A program made the translations under genes and the position numbers. A DNA stretch of 63,658 nt, filler included, from Octopus bimaculoides (Eukaryota), in NCBI RefSeq assembly GCF_001194135.2. It is 10 parts of 8 records of this genome, joined end to end, with 100 filler letters (N's around TTAATTAATTAA, not from the genome) between each part and the next. Parts side by side here need not be neighbours in the genome. Positions count along the whole stretch, not along the records: positions 62,121 to 63,658 come from NC_068991.1; 9 more parts are not named here. One strand, given 5' to 3'. Shown piece after piece: positions 63,445-63,658 of the stretch (positions within the stretch are counted from its first letter, which is position 1; the number at the start of each line of letters is the position of its first letter). A model generated the notes under the pieces. The model made no database searches, had not been told where the DNA came from, and was given only the letters and a program-made list of their open reading frames with translations.

Positions 63445-63658
63445 CCCTCTCTCTCTTTCTCTTTTTTCTCTCTCTCTTTCTCTTTTTTCTCTCTCTCTTT
63501 CTCTTTTTTCTCTCTCTCTTTCTCTTTTTTCTCTATCTCTTTCTCTTTTTCTCTCTCTCTTTCTCTTTTTCTCTCTCTCTTTCTCTTTTTCTCTCTCTCT
63601 TTCTCTTTTTCTCTCTCTCTTTCTCTTTTTCTCTCTCTCTTTCTCTTTTTCTCTCTCT
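63445..63658 (+). repeat. Polypyrimidine 20/21-bp minisatellite (CTCTCTCTCTTTCTCTTTTT)n running off the window
   Basis: About 10 tandem copies, almost exclusively C and T. Confidence 0.92.

Overview
AT-rich, microsatellite-saturated animal genomic DNA with many N gaps, several containing an artificial TTAATTAATTAA spacer. The SINE and repeat content looks like an octopod cephalopod (Octopus-like); this is inference. Two partial genes are supported by spliced exons: a minus-strand clan-3 (CYP3A-like) cytochrome P450 (six exons, 20153 down to 10087) and a plus-strand lysosomal GH38 alpha-mannosidase (MAN2B1-like, four exons, 32550-38953). An orphan 399-bp Thr/Ser-rich exon lies at 29525-29923. 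The rest is decayed mobile DNA: R4/Dong-type, L1/Tx1, RTE and CR1/L2-like LINEs, Penelope-like elements, Tc1/mariner transposons and tRNA-derived SINEs. The main observation is a dispersed set of type-I hammerhead ribozyme motifs. Four are close to complete (20620-20662 -, 27288-27336 -, 35037-35111 +, 46330-46376 +) and about seven more are degenerate. Most have the tiny palindromic helix III typical of dimer-acting Penelope/retrozyme hammerheads, and several abut (TA)n. One sits in a 352-bp unit with a 108-bp terminal redundancy (retrozyme/circular-RNA-like), one in a roughly 100-bp-arm fold-back, and one inside a 26-bp target-site-like duplication in a mannosidase intron. All folds were done by eye and none has been tested.
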